Below, one piece after another: positions 49,723 to 62,124 of a stretch of DNA of 64,000 nucleotides (position 1 is the first letter of the stretch; every line of letters begins with the position of its first letter). Both the position numbers and the translations under genes were made by a program. Below the pieces are notes generated by a model, which was not told the origin of the DNA, did not search any database, and saw only the letters and a program-made list of their open reading frames with translations. Origin of the DNA: Mobula hypostoma (Eukaryota). Where the stretch lies: positions 16,554,001-16,618,000 of the forward strand of contig NC_086097.1 of the NCBI RefSeq assembly GCF_963921235.1. The letters are read 5' to 3'.

Positions 49723-50768
49723 CTTGGAGCTCCAAGATCTTCAAATCGCAGCCCACTTTGTGATTGGTCTGATGGCTTTGTCCCATATTGCCCAAATCGA
49801 TTATATTGTGAGGTTGAAACTGAAGGAGACACCTTCACTTCATCATGTGGTGTTGGAATCAAAGGTTTCTTCGGTTCTGTGACACCAGGTGAACTTTGAG
49901 ATAATGGGGTGGGGCCCTGTGAAACTGCTGAAGAGGTCTGAGTCATTGATGGGGGAGCCCAAGTCATTGGTGGAGGAGGCTGTGATACTGGTGGAAAGGT
50001 CTGAGTTATTGATGGAGGGACCTGAGACACTGGTGGCGGGGCTTGAGAAATCGGTGGTGGGGCTAGAGTCATTGGTGGAGGAGCTAGAGACACTGGTGGA
50101 GGTGGCAAAGTCATTGGTGGAGGTGGCAGAGTCATTAACGGGGGTGGCATAGTCATTGGAGGTGGTGCACCTGACATCAGTGGAGGGACTCCAACCATTG
50201 GCAGGGGCATCCGAGTTGCTGGTGGAGGCACCTGAGTCACTGGTGGGGGGGCTTGAGACATGGAGGGAGGGGCTGGAGACACCAATGGAGGGGCCTGAGA
50301 AACCAATGGAGGGGCCTGAGACACAGATGAAGAACTTTGGGAAATTGGCGGACTCTTTTCTTCCGAGGAAACTGAGACTACAGGTGAACTTGTTGCACCT
50401 TGTGTAGAAGAGCCAGTTAGTGGTGGCGTAGGGGGCATTCCCATGGGTGGCACTGGAGGCATTGGTAGAGTTTGAGAGGGCAATCCTCTTGATGCATTTC
50501 CTAAGTAATTCTGGGATTGATTGTTCATGTACTGTTGTTGAACATTTCTGAGAGCATCCATTCTTTCTTGAAAGTGATGATTCGTTGATACCATTTGTTC
50601 TTGCCATTGGTTCCACTGTATTTCGTACTGTTGGAGTTGATCCTTGTTAGGATAGGCTTGTAGCTGAGCCTTCCAAATCTGAAACTGTCGCTGCCATTCT
50701 TGATATAGAGGGATGAACTGCTGCTGCTGCATCTCCAAATGTCTCAGCTGCATTTCTAGAGGTAGAGA
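49723..50768 (-). CDS. YLPM1: YLPM1 coding exon ~4 (SLPLEMQLRHLEMQQQQF..., Pro-rich heptads, ...RFEDLGAPR)
   Basis: Acceptor ctttttctttag, donor AG|GTAATT, 1046 nt, phase 0/2. MQLRH.EMQQQQF..LYQEW and YP.KDQLQ.YE motifs. Confidence 0.95.
49884..50345 (-). repeat. Coding 21-nt tandem repeat, ~22 heptads (V/M)(S/T)xxPPP
   Basis: VSQAPPL, VSQAPPL, VSPAPPS, MSQAPPP ... LSQSSPG in exon 4. Confidence 0.88.
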
Positions 50769-51024
50769 CTAAAGAAAAAGGATCTTATTATAGCACATCC
50801 TGTTTTATGAAAAGTTTAAAAATTCTCTGCATTACTTTCACATTCACTCAAGGTGGGTGATCTTACTTGTCCACGTAGAAATAATGTTATCTTTTCAAAG
50901 GCAGTCCAGATTATGACAACTGATGAATACAAGAGCAATCTTACTTTGCAAGAAATCCAAAAAACTGAGATAACTTGCAAGGAAAGCAAAAAAAAACACT
51001 AATTGCACAAAATTATTTAAATGC

Positions 51025-51210
51025 CTGAAAACCTGCAAAATGCTGGTGTAACTAGGCAAACCAGTTGCATCTGTGGAAAGAATAAACAGCTGACATTTTG
51101 GACTAAGACCCTTCACTTAATGAAGGATCTCAAAATGTTGACTGTTTATTCCCTTTCACAAATGCTGCCTGACTTGCTGAGTTCCTCTGGTATTTTTGTG
51201 TGTGTTGTTC
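51025..51210. mobile_element. Two Penelope terminal-repeat fragments joined as an inverted pair
   Basis: aaaatgctgg...gacccttca|cttaa|tgaaggatct...tatttttgtgtgtgttg. The two halves are degenerate reverse complements. Confidence 0.7.
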
Positions 51211-52264
51211 ATGACTCTGATAGTTCTATTAACCCACAACTTAGTCTTCTTGATTCAAAGAACAATTTATTTTGAAAGACTATATCACTGGTATGATTCC
51301 CATAAAGTTCATCTGACACTCAGATGTTGGAATCCTGTATGGTTCAGAGTACTGCAAACAATATTCTAGATGAGGTCTGAATAATGATTTATAAAGGTCT
51401 AGGATAACGTTCTTGCTTTAATAATTAATGCTGCATGATATTGTTAAAAAAAACCTTCTCAAATTTATTCTCCCATTTTCAACGATTTGCATTCAAGTAT
51501 TTCTGTTTAAAATTATATTATTTAGCTGATATTGTCTGATCGACATTCTTATTACCAAAATGCAGCACTTCATACTTTTGCGCATATAATTGGGATCAAT
51601 CAGCTACCTCAAAAAAAACATTCTAAACAAACATTCCCATAGCAACTACAGTGAAATAAATATACTGAAAGTCTAGCTAGTTCATAATTCAAATATAATG
51701 GTAAAAAACTGTTTAGAAAAGGGATCATATTTTATAGTTTAAGTCAAATTTCACTTCCCTGAGTCTCTCAGGTCAACTTTTCAATGCATTGTACTATTTA
51801 TTTGTGATGCACACGTAAACTTCACTGAAGAATTAAATGTGCTACAATATAAAACGAAGGTTCATGTCTCCTCATCACTAGCAAATAAATGCATTGCCAG
51901 ATATGTGTGCAAAGAGTTCCAAGATGCCCTTTCAACCAACGAAAGATGAAAAACGGGAAAATCATAGGTTAAAGAACCTAAAAGGAATATGTTAAATGCA
52001 ATGAAAATCAAAAAAAAAAAATTGGGACATTCTTAACTAATGAAGATAACTTCAATTATACCTTTCTAACCATATTTCTTGCATTTAGAGCAATTAATAT
52101 CAATTTGTGAAGTCATGATTTAAACCTTCTACTACACACAGAACATTTCCAGAACCAACCAATTTCTCTTACACTAAGGCACCAAAGCATCATGCTTGCT
52201 TGAACAAAAGTTAAAATGACACAGAAGAATTTTCCATGATATTCCCAAAGAGGGTGTCACTAAC

Positions 52265-52450
52265 CTGCACGTGTTGGATCTGCTGCATTATCTGCTGGTA
52301 TTGTTGCAGCAGTTGTTGAAGTTGATTATGTTGTTGCATCATGCTTTGTTGCTGATACTCGATACGTTGTTGCTGCCACTGAGCGGCTGCTGCCTGTAGC
52401 ATTTTCAATCTCTCTGCTTCCTCTGGATTTTCTGGAGGTTGGATAGTAGG
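52265..52450 (-). CDS. YLPM1: YLPM1 coding exon ~3 (PTIQPPENPEEAERLKMLQAAAAQWQQQ...QHVQ)
   Basis: Acceptor ttgttcctag, donor CAG|GTTAGT, 186 nt, phase 0/0. Confidence 0.95.
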
Positions 52451-53204
52451 CTAGGAACAATTCACACATCATTGCAAAGTTATGAATTAAGTCTTTGGAA
52501 ATTGCATATTTGGACTTGTTTACTGCCATGTCTTAGAGGTTCTTATATATTTACCAATCACTGAAATTATTTAATAAAAATCCTGATGTCCCCACCAATA
52601 ACTATTTGGAACTATAGTTTTGTAGTACTGTAGTAATATTGCAAATGCTCTAATTTGTCTGTATTTCATTTAAATAAATATTTGTTACTCAGTTAAATGC
52701 TAGTTTGTCTTTTTATATGGTGGATTGATTTTAGGTTGTTCGAGGAACATATACAAAACCAGTATTCTCAATGAAGATAACACAACATTGGAATTGGCCT
52801 AGTGACCCATAAATAGCATAGCCGGCTAAACATGCGGCAGTAGACAACTTGATCAGGACAAATGTCAACTGACTGTCGCCACTTTATGGAGTATGAACCT
52901 GCATGGGAGAAGGTGAAAGATATCCTTACAAGTCATAATCTGCAGTCAAGAGAGACAAAACTAAGAATCACTTCAGCGGAAATTACATCAATTTATGACT
53001 TCTTCAGACTCGAAATCCTTGAATTTCCCAAATAACATTGAGGCAGTAACATTACCAAGATGACAGCAGTTCAACACAAAATGCACCACCACCTTTTCAA
53101 GAGTAAAGATGAGGAAAAAATATTGACCCTGATGGACACACCCTGATCCGTAAATTAATAGGAAAACAGTACGTTTAAAAGAGAAAACAATAATTTATTC
53201 TTCT

Positions 53205-53302
53205 ATCAACACACATCAAAGTTGCTGGTGAACGCAGCAGGCCAAGCAGCATCTATAGGAAGAGGCGCAGTCGACGTTTCAGGCCGAGACCCTTTGTCAG
53301 GA
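53205..53302 (-). mobile_element. Penelope terminal fragment with minimal hammerhead-ribozyme motif (mutated)
   Basis: The minus strand reads CTGACAA-agggtctcggcct-GAAA-cgtcgac. Confidence 0.75.
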
Positions 53303-53451
53303 AGGACATCATAGATTCTTCTATGATGTGTTTATTAGTTGTTCTATGAAATAAGATGATTAATGTTTCTCTAATTACTGCTGGGTACAAACTATAGACA
53401 AATCAGACGTTGTACCCTTTTATAAGAATTGAATGAAAAATCCATAGATTT

Positions 53452-56400
53452 CAGAATCAGGTTTATTCTCACTGACTTATGTTGTGAAATTTGTTGTTTT
53501 GCAGCAGTAGTGCAATATATTTATTTTAAAAAGTTACTGACGGTCAGCGAGAAGATGTATGGTCAACAATATGGTCTTCCAATGAAGATCCAGTTGTAGA
53601 GAGATGCACAGAGGACCAGGTTCTGAAGCTTGTCCATTAGTACTAAGGGGATGATGGTGTCGAATGCTGAGTTGTAGTCAAGAAACAGCAGCATGATGTA
53701 AGCATTGCTATTATCCTGACGGTCCAAGGCTGACTGTAGAGTTAGCGAAATTGTATCTGCCGTAGACCTACTGTGGCAGTAGGAAAATCACAGCGGGTTC
53801 AGTTCCTCACCCAGGCAAGAGTTAATTCTAGCCTTGATCAACCTCTCATATCACTTCATCACAGTAGATGCGAGTGATTCTGGGCAATAGTCGTTGAGGT
53901 AGCTCACCTTTGGAAGCAGGTAGAACTTTTGAATGTAGCAGTGAGGGGTTGAAGAAATCCTTAACATTTCAGCCAGTTGGTTGGCATAGGTTTTCATTGC
54001 CGTGCCAGCTACACTATTCAGGGCCTAGTGCCTTGCAAGGGTTCTTAAAAGAAGTTCAACATTGACCTCCAGGACAAATATCATACAGTCATCAGATTAT
54101 GCAGCAATTCACACAGATAGTTTCAGTCTCCCTTTCAAAGCATGCATAACAGGCATTGAGCTCCTTGGAGAGTGAAGCATCACAGCCAGTTACGATGTTA
54201 GCTTTCACCTTATAGGAAGTAATGGCATGCAAATACTGCTCTGCTACAGCTGAACTTGCATCCAACTGTGTCTCTAACTTCACTCACTCTTCTGACTGAC
54301 ATCTGTAAGTTGTACCTGGACTTCTTGTAAAGTTCTGGATCATTCGTCTTGAATAGTATAGAATTTATTTATATTTTACATCTATCCCACAATATGAGGG
54401 AGCAACCACTCCATTGCAATGTACAGACATGTGAATTTAAAAGTCAAATAGCTTGTAGAAAGAAGCTGTCCCATAGCCTGTTGGTCCCGACTTTAATGCT
54501 GCAGTACTGTTTGCCAGACGAAGCAGCTGAAAGAGTTTATGGTTGGGGTGACTGGTATCCCCAGTGATCTTTCACACCTTCTTTCTGCACCTGCTGCTAT
54601 AAATGTCCTCAATGGAGGGAAGTTCACATCCACACATGTGCTGGGCTGTCCGTCCCACTTTCTGCAGTGCCCTGCGATCGAGGTCGGTGCAGTTTCTGGA
54701 CCAGGTGGTGATATAGCCAGTCAGTATGCTCCCAATGGTGCCCCTGTAGAAAGTCTTAAGGATTTGGGGCTCATGCTGAACCTTTTCAGTCACCCAAGGT
54801 GAAAAAGACGTTGTTGTGCTTTTTTTTGGCCACAAAACTGTTGTGTACAGCCCAGGTGAGATCATCGGTGAGGTGTATACCGAGGAACTTGAAACTACTC
54901 ACCCTCTCAACTGCAGACCCATTTATGCTGATCAGGCCAAGCATGTCTCCGTTCCTTCTGTAATCCACAATCAGCTCTCTTGATTTTTGGACATTGAGGG
55001 AGAGGTTGTTATCCTGGCACCACTGTGTCAGGGTGTCAACCTCTCCTCTGTAGGCTATCTTATTACTGCTAGAAATAAGGCCAATCAAAGTAGAGTCATC
55101 TGTGAATTTGATCAGCAGATTGGAGCTGTGTGTTGCAGCAGAGTTGTGGGTGTAAAGGGAGTAGAGAAGGGGAATCAGAATACAATCCTGGAGGGCACCT
55201 CTGTTGAGGGACAGACAGGCAGAGGTGAGAGAGCCCATCCTTACCACCTTCGACGATCCAATGGGAAGTCTAGGATCCAACAGCACAAGGTGGAATGCAG
55301 ACCAAGGTCTCTGAGCTTCCAGTCAAGTCTGGAGGGAATTATGGTGTTGAATGCTGAACTGTAGTCCAGGAACAGCATTCCAACGTATGCATCCCTCTTC
55401 TCCAGGTGAGTGAGGATGGTGTGTAGTGCTGTGGCTATGGTGATATTGGTAGACTAGTCTACAGTAGGCAAATTGTAGGGGGGCCAGTGTGGGTGGTAGC
55501 ATGCTGCAGATGTAGTCTTTAACCAGCCTCTCAAAGCATTTGCTTATAATTGAGGTGAGTGCGACAGGGCACCAATCGTTCAGGTATGCTATCTTGGTTT
55601 TCCTAGGTACTGGGAAAATGATGGACAATTTGAAACAGAAGGACACTAAACACTGCGAGAGGGAGAGATTAAAAATGTCCATAAACACACCAGCCAGCTG
55701 TTCAGCACATACTTTAAGGATGCGCCCTGGGATGCTGTCTGGCCCTGCTGCCTTGTGGCTGTTGACACATTGGAACGTTCTATGTACCTCAGCCTCGGAG
55801 ATGACCAAGGTGCAGGTCTCGTCAGCGGCTCTCCTTAGGGTTTCAGTCCTATGAACCTCGAATTGAGCATTAAAAAAAATTTAGCTCATCCAAGAGTGAG
55901 GCGGCAATGTGGACTGTACTGCTGTGTTTCTTTTTGAAGTCCATGATGGTATGCAGTCCTTGCTATACGCTGCGTGTCACTGTTGCAGAGTTGTGACTGG
56001 ATTTTGTCTGCATTGCCGTTTTGTCACCTTGATGGCTTTACGTAAATCATAGTGGCATCTCTTGAGCTCCTGTTGGTCTCCAGATGCAAAGGCTTTATCC
56101 CTTGCACTGAGGGGAACACACACTGAACCATTTATCCAAGGCTTCTGGTTTGGATAGACCTGGACTGACTTTTGGGGAACAATGTCTTCAATGCACTTCC
56201 GAATGACGCTGCATGTATTCGGAAATGTTCTCAGCTCAAAATAGCTCCTAGGTGACGCTGTCAAAGCAGCCCTGTAACGTGAGTCTGATTGGTTGGACCA
56301 ACAGTGAATAGTTTTCACCATGGCCACTTCTTGCTTCAATTTCTGTGTGCAGGCGGGCAGATGCAAGATGGAGGAATGGTCAGACTTTCCAAACAGAGGG

Positions 56401-57350
56401 TGGAAAAGTGCTTTGTAGGCATTGCAGAAGGGAGAGTAGCAGTGGTCAAATATGCTTACTCCCTGTGTGCTCACCTCAATACGTTGGCAGAACCGGCTAA
56501 GCTCTGGTCAGCGACTCCTGGTTAAAGCCTCCAGCAATGATGAAAGCAGCCTCTGGGTGTGTGGTTTCATGGATATTGATGGTTTCACAAAGTTCACTGA
56601 GAACCAGTTTGGATTCAGCCTATGGTGGGATGTACACAGATGTAATAACAACAGACGTGAATTCTCCAGGGAGCCAGAAAGGTCGACATAAGGAGCAAAA
56701 GGATTTGAGGGTGTGCATGCTACCTAGGGCACACCAACCACTGTTCACCATGAAACATACTCCCCCACCTTTACTTTTCCCTGAGAGGTCTTTAGTCCTG
56801 TCCACTCGGAACACAGAGAACCCAATGGGTTCAATAGTTTGATCTGGTATTTCCTCCAACAACCAGGTTTCGGTAAACCATAAGATGTTACAGTGCTTTG
56901 TTTCCTGTTGGTAGGATATTTTGGCTCCCAGCTCACACAGCTTGTTGACCAGGGACTGTACGTTGGCCAGAAGTATGCTAGGGAGTGGCAGCCAATTTGC
57001 GCACTGTCTCAACTTAACCAAGACGCTGGCTCTTCTTCCTCGCCGCTGGCGACGCTTCCTCAGCAATGCCGGTGTGGTGAATGAACCTCTTGTGGTTTGT
57101 GCAAGCAGGGGGTCCCAGTGATAGAAAGGCTGCACGTTATGATTGAATGCCGTCTTTCTGATGTTCAAAAAAGTCAATCAATCTATACCTGATATGAGAC
57201 GAATGCAGAAAGAAGGAAAGATAAGCAGAAAATTACAATGCCAATTCGGAGTACACAGCACGTTTGTGGTACACAGCGCCTTCTTGGAATGCTGCAGATC
57301 TAGTCCTCAGCAGATTGCACATCTTCCGGTTCATTCACGGCTTCTGATTT
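53452..57350 (-). mobile_element. Older Rex1-like LINE fragment (53452-54354 and 57287-57350) split by a younger copy
   Basis: The host reading NQKP.MN...RSAAF|KTNDPELYKKSRY continues across the insertion. Confidence 0.7.
54355..57286 (-). mobile_element. Near full-length Rex1/Babar LINE (single EN+RT ORF, decayed)
   Basis: LPSILLANVQSL, FTETWL, GGGVC and VYIPP (EN); KAAGPD.IPGR, PLQFAY, KF.DD and FKFLGIH (RT). 5' end CAAGAAGGCG, with GAAT duplicated at both ends. Confidence 0.88.
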
Positions 57351-57759
57351 GAGAATGTCTGTTCATCACAGGCAGTTAATTTTTCTCATACAATTTTCCT
57401 TCTTTCAATGCAAACCATTTCAGAACTGGATGATTTATCTTATTATGCATACATTCAGTTTTTAACATTTACATTGTAAGGAATGATTTAAATTCTGACT
57501 GAACTTCAAAACAATCCTTGCTATTAAAATACTGTATATCCATTGCAAAGTTTGTGCAAAGTAACCCGAAAGATATACTACTAATTTCCTTCAGTTTATC
57601 AACAGGAAAATGGTATCTACTGATTTTCATTCATAGCTTCCAAAGTGTTCTGCAAGTTTTTATGTCATGGAAAATGTATAGCTGTTAAAATTCTCTTTCT
57701 ACATGTCAAAAAGGAAAGTACATAAATTTACATGTAAGACACAAAAAGGACTCATTTAC

Positions 57760-58005
57760 CTTTGCTTCTTCAGGTGGGGGAGGTGGAGGCATCTCCTCTT
57801 TAGGAGGTGGAGGCGGTGGTTGTGTTTTGGATGCCTCATAAGGTGGAGCCGGTGGCAATGGTGGCTGTGTAGTATAACAGCCCTTGGCCTCTCCAGGTTT
57901 TTGCTGTGCAGAATCACTGATCTGGTTCATTTCTGCACTCTGACTCTGTTCCTGCTGACCTCCATACTGTTTGCCTCCATGATACCAATATTGTTGCTGT
58001 TGCTG
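57760..58005 (-). CDS. YLPM1: YLPM1 coding exon ~2 (QQQQQYWYHGG...PPPPPPEEAK)
   Basis: Acceptor ttctgttag (NAGNAG), donor AAG|GTAAAT, 246 nt, phase 0/0. QQQYWY motif. Confidence 0.9.
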
Positions 58006-59150
58006 CTAACAGAATGCCGATAATGCATATTAATTTCCCACATTATACTCCATCTGCCAAACTTATGTCCAACCACCTGCTCTATTTATATCATTTTGTT
58101 GGTTTTGCGATGCTGTCATAACTTGAGTTGCTAATTCTATTTATGTTATAATTGAAAAGGCTATAATACAATTAGTCCTATCATTTAAATCAAAATACAT
58201 CTGTACATAGTTGATTGAGGCTGTAGCCCTGATTCCCACTTGCTACAGCTTGCTAATCTAAATTTATACAATGTACTTTGTATTAATTGCCCATTTCTCA
58301 ACTCTAGAGTCATAGAGCACTGCGGCACAGAAACAGCCCTTAAGCCCATCTAGTCCACACCTGTACCTTGACTAAAACCATCTATGCTCCTCACATCCAT
58401 AAACTTTTCCACCACTTCCACTGGCAGCTCATTCCACTCTCAACACCCTCTAAGTGAAAAGTTATTCCCTCAGACTTCCCTTAAATCTATCACCTTTAAA
58501 TAAGACGCCCAGTTCTAGTCTCAGCCAACCTCAATGGGAAAAGCTTGCATCCATTTACCCTATCTATACCCCTCATAATTTTGTACACCTCTATAAAATA
58601 TCTCTTGTTCTCCTATGTTCCAAAGTTTAATGTAATTTTATTATTAAGGTACACGTCACCATAAACAATCCAGATTCATTTTCTAGCAGTCATTCATAGT
58701 AAATACAAAATACTATAGAATTAATGCAAGATTGCCCCCAACAGAATGGACAATCAAGACAGCAGACTGTACAAATACAAGAAGAAATAATAATACATAA
58801 ACTATAAATATCAAGACCATGAGATTCTTTAAAAGTAAGTCCATAGGTTGTGGGAACATTTCAGTGATTAGGTGAGTGAAGTTACCCCTTCTGGTTCAAG
58901 ATCCTGATAGTTGAGGGGTAATAACTATTCCTGATCTGCAGATATGGGTCCTGAGGCTCCTATACCTTCTTCCCAATGGCAGGAGTGAGAAGAGAGAGTG
59001 GTGTGGATCCTTAATGAAGGATAATGGCGGTTTAAGTCCTAATCTATTCAGCCTTTTCCTATAACTCATATCCTCCAGTCCCAGCAACATCCTTGTAAAT
59101 TTTCTCTGCACTCTTTCAATCTTATTGCTATTTTTCCTGTATGTAGGTGA

Positions 59151-62085
59151 CTATAGTTCAACACTTTTCAACATAATTGTATAAGGGCTAAGAGTGTTGT
59201 AAAAGCAAGCCTGAAGGCTTTGTGTGTCAATGCAAGGAGCATTCATAATAAGATGGATGAATTGAATGTGCAGATAGTTATTAATGAATATGATATAGTT
59301 GGGATCACAGAGACATGGCTCCAGGGTGACCAAGGATGGGAGTTCAACATTCAGGGATATTCAATATTCAGGAGGGATAGACATGAAAGAAAAGGAGGTG
59401 CGGTAGCACTGCTGGTTAGAGAGGAGATTAACGCAACAGAAAGGAAGGATATTAGCCGGGAGGATGTGGAATTGACATGGGTAGAGCTGCATAACACTAA
59501 GGGGCAGAAAATGCTGGTGGGAGTTGTGTACAGTCCACCTAACAGTAGTAGTGAGGTTGGGGATGGCATTAAACAGGAAATTAGAAATGCGTGCAATAAA
59601 GGAACAGCAGTTATAATGGGTGACTTCAATCTACATATAAATTGGGTGAACCAAATTGGTAAGGGTGCTGAGGAAGAGGATTTCTTGGAATGTATGCGGG
59701 ATGGTTTTCTGAACCAACATGTCGAGGAACTAACGAGAGAGCAGGCCATTCTAGACTGGGTATTGAGCAAGGAGGAAGGGTTAGTTAGCAATCTTGTCAT
59801 GCGAGGCCCCTTGGGTAAGAGTGACCATAATATGGTGGACTTCTTCATTAAGATGGAGAGTGACATAGTTAATTCAGAAACAAAGGTTCTGAACTTAAAG
59901 AAGGGTAACTTTGAAGGTATGAGATGTGAATTAGCTAAGATAGACTGGCAAATGATACTTAAAGGGTTGACGGTGGATATGCAATGGCAAGCATTTAAAG
60001 ATCGCATGGATGAACTACAACAATTGTTCATCCCAGTTTGGCAAAAGAATAAACCGGGGAAGGTAGTGCACCTATGGCTGACAAGGGAAATTAGGGATAG
60101 TATCAATTCAAAAGAAGAAACATACAAATTAGCCAGAAAAAGCAGCACACCTGAGGAGTGGGAGAAATTCAGAGTCCAGCAGAGGAGGACAAAGGGCTTA
60201 ATTAGGAAAGGGAAAAAAGATTATGAGAGAAAGCTGGCAGGGAACATAAAAACTGACCGTAAAAGCTTTTATAGATATGTGAATAGATATGTGATTGGTT
60301 AAGACAAATGTAGGTCCCTTACAGCCAGAACAAGGACAAGGACAAGGGAACAAGGACATGGCAGACTAAATGAATAACTACTTTGGTTTTGTCTTCACTG
60401 AGGACATAAATAATCTTCCGGAAATAGTAGGGGACAGAGGGTCTAGTGAGATGGAAGAACTGAGGGAAATACATGTTAGCAGGGAAGTGGTGTTAGGTAA
60501 ATTGAAGGGATTAAAGGCAGATAAATCCCCAGGGCCAGATGGTCTGCATCCCAGAGTGCTTAAGGACGTAGCCCAAGAAATAGTGGATGCATTGGTGATA
60601 ATTTTTCAAAACTCTTTAGATTCTGGACTAGTTCCTGAGGATTGGAGGGTGGCTAATGTAACCCCACTTTTTAAAAAAGGAGGGAGAGAGAAACCGGGGA
60701 ATTATAGATCGGTTAGCCTGACATCGGTGGTGGGGAAAATGCTAGAGCCAGTTATCAAGGATGTGATCACAGCACATTTGGAAAGCGGTGAAATCATCGG
60801 ACAAAGCCAGCATGGATTTGTGAAAGGAAAATCATGTCTGACGAATCTCATAGAATTTTTTGAGGATGTAACTAGTAGAGTGAATAGGGGAGAACCAGTG
60901 GTATATTTGGATTTTCAAAAGGCTTTTGACAAGGTCCCACACAGGAGATTAGTGTGCAAACTTAAAGCACACGGTATTGGGGGTATGGTATTGATGTGGA
61001 TAGAGAATTGATTGGCAGACAGGAAGCAAAGAGTGGGAATAAATGGGACCTTTTCAGAATGGCAGGCAGTGACTAGTGGGGTACCGCAAGGCTCAGTGCT
61101 GGGACCCCAGTTGTTTACAATATATATTAATGACTTGGATGAGGGAATTAAATGCAGCATCTCCAAGTTTGCGGATGACACAAAGCTGGGTGGCAGTGTT
61201 AGCTGTGAGGAGGATGTTAAGAGGATGCAGAGTGACTTGGATAGGTTGGGTGAGTGGGCAAATTCATGGCAGACGCAATTTAATGTGGATAAATGTGAGG
61301 TTATCCACTTTGGTGGCAAGAACAGGAAAACAGATTATCTGAATGGTGGCCGATTAGGAAAAGGGGAGGTGCAATGAGACCTGGGTGTCATTGTACACCA
61401 GTCATTGAAAGTGGGCATGCAGGTACAGCAGGCGGTGAAAAAGGCGAATGGTATGCTGGCATTCATAGCAAGAGGATTCGAGTACAGGAGCAGGGAGGTA
61501 CTACTGCAGTTGTACAAGACCTTGGCGAGACCACACCTGGAGTATTATGTGCAGTTTTGGTCCCCTAATCTGAGGAAAGACATTCTTGCCATGGAGGGAG
61601 TACAAAGAAGGTTCACGAGATTGATTCCTGGGATGGCAGGACTTTCATATGATGAAAGACTGGATCGACTAGGCTTATACTCGCTGGAATTTAGAAGATT
61701 GAGGGGGGATCTTATTGAGACGTATAAAATCCTAAAGGATTGGACAGGCTAGATGCAGGAAGATTGTTCCCGATGTTGTGGAAGTCCAGAACGAGGGGTT
61801 ACAGTTTGATAAAGGGGAAGCCTTTTAGGACCGAGATGAGGAAATCTTCTTCACACACAGAGTGGTGAATCTGTGGAATTCTCTGCCACAGGAAATAGTT
61901 GAGGCCAGTTCACTGGCTATATTTAAGAGGGAGTTAGATATGGCCCTTGTGACTAAAGGGATTGGGGGTATGGAGAGAAGGCAGGTACAGGGTTCTGAGT
62001 TGGATGATCAGCCATGATCATACTGAACGGCTGTGCAGGCTCGAAGGGCCGAATGGCCTACTCCTGCACCTACTTTCTGTTTTTA
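59151..62085 (+). mobile_element. CR1 LINE ORF2 (EN + RT) to 3' tail, relatively young, with few disruptions
   Basis: ORFs 59220..60302 (NARSI, GITETW, MGDFN, SDH), 60370..61011 and 61012..61752. Tail ggcctactcctgcacctactttct. Confidence 0.95.
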
Positions 62086-62124
62086 TAACAACCCAACTCT
62101 AAAACTCAATTCTTGATTTATGGA

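Noticed and set aside
49843..50616. 257-aa Ser/Thr-rich alternative-frame ORF and antisense ORFs over exon 4
   Set aside because: Explained by the 21-nt Pro-rich repeat. The Gln/Pro frame is the one matching YLPM1 and the splice phases.
59351..60148. 265-aa minus-strand ORF, and similar antisense ORFs over CR1/Rex1 copies (e.g. 12747..13361, 16587..17048)
   Set aside because: Antisense shadows of LINE ORF2, with no independent coding evidence.
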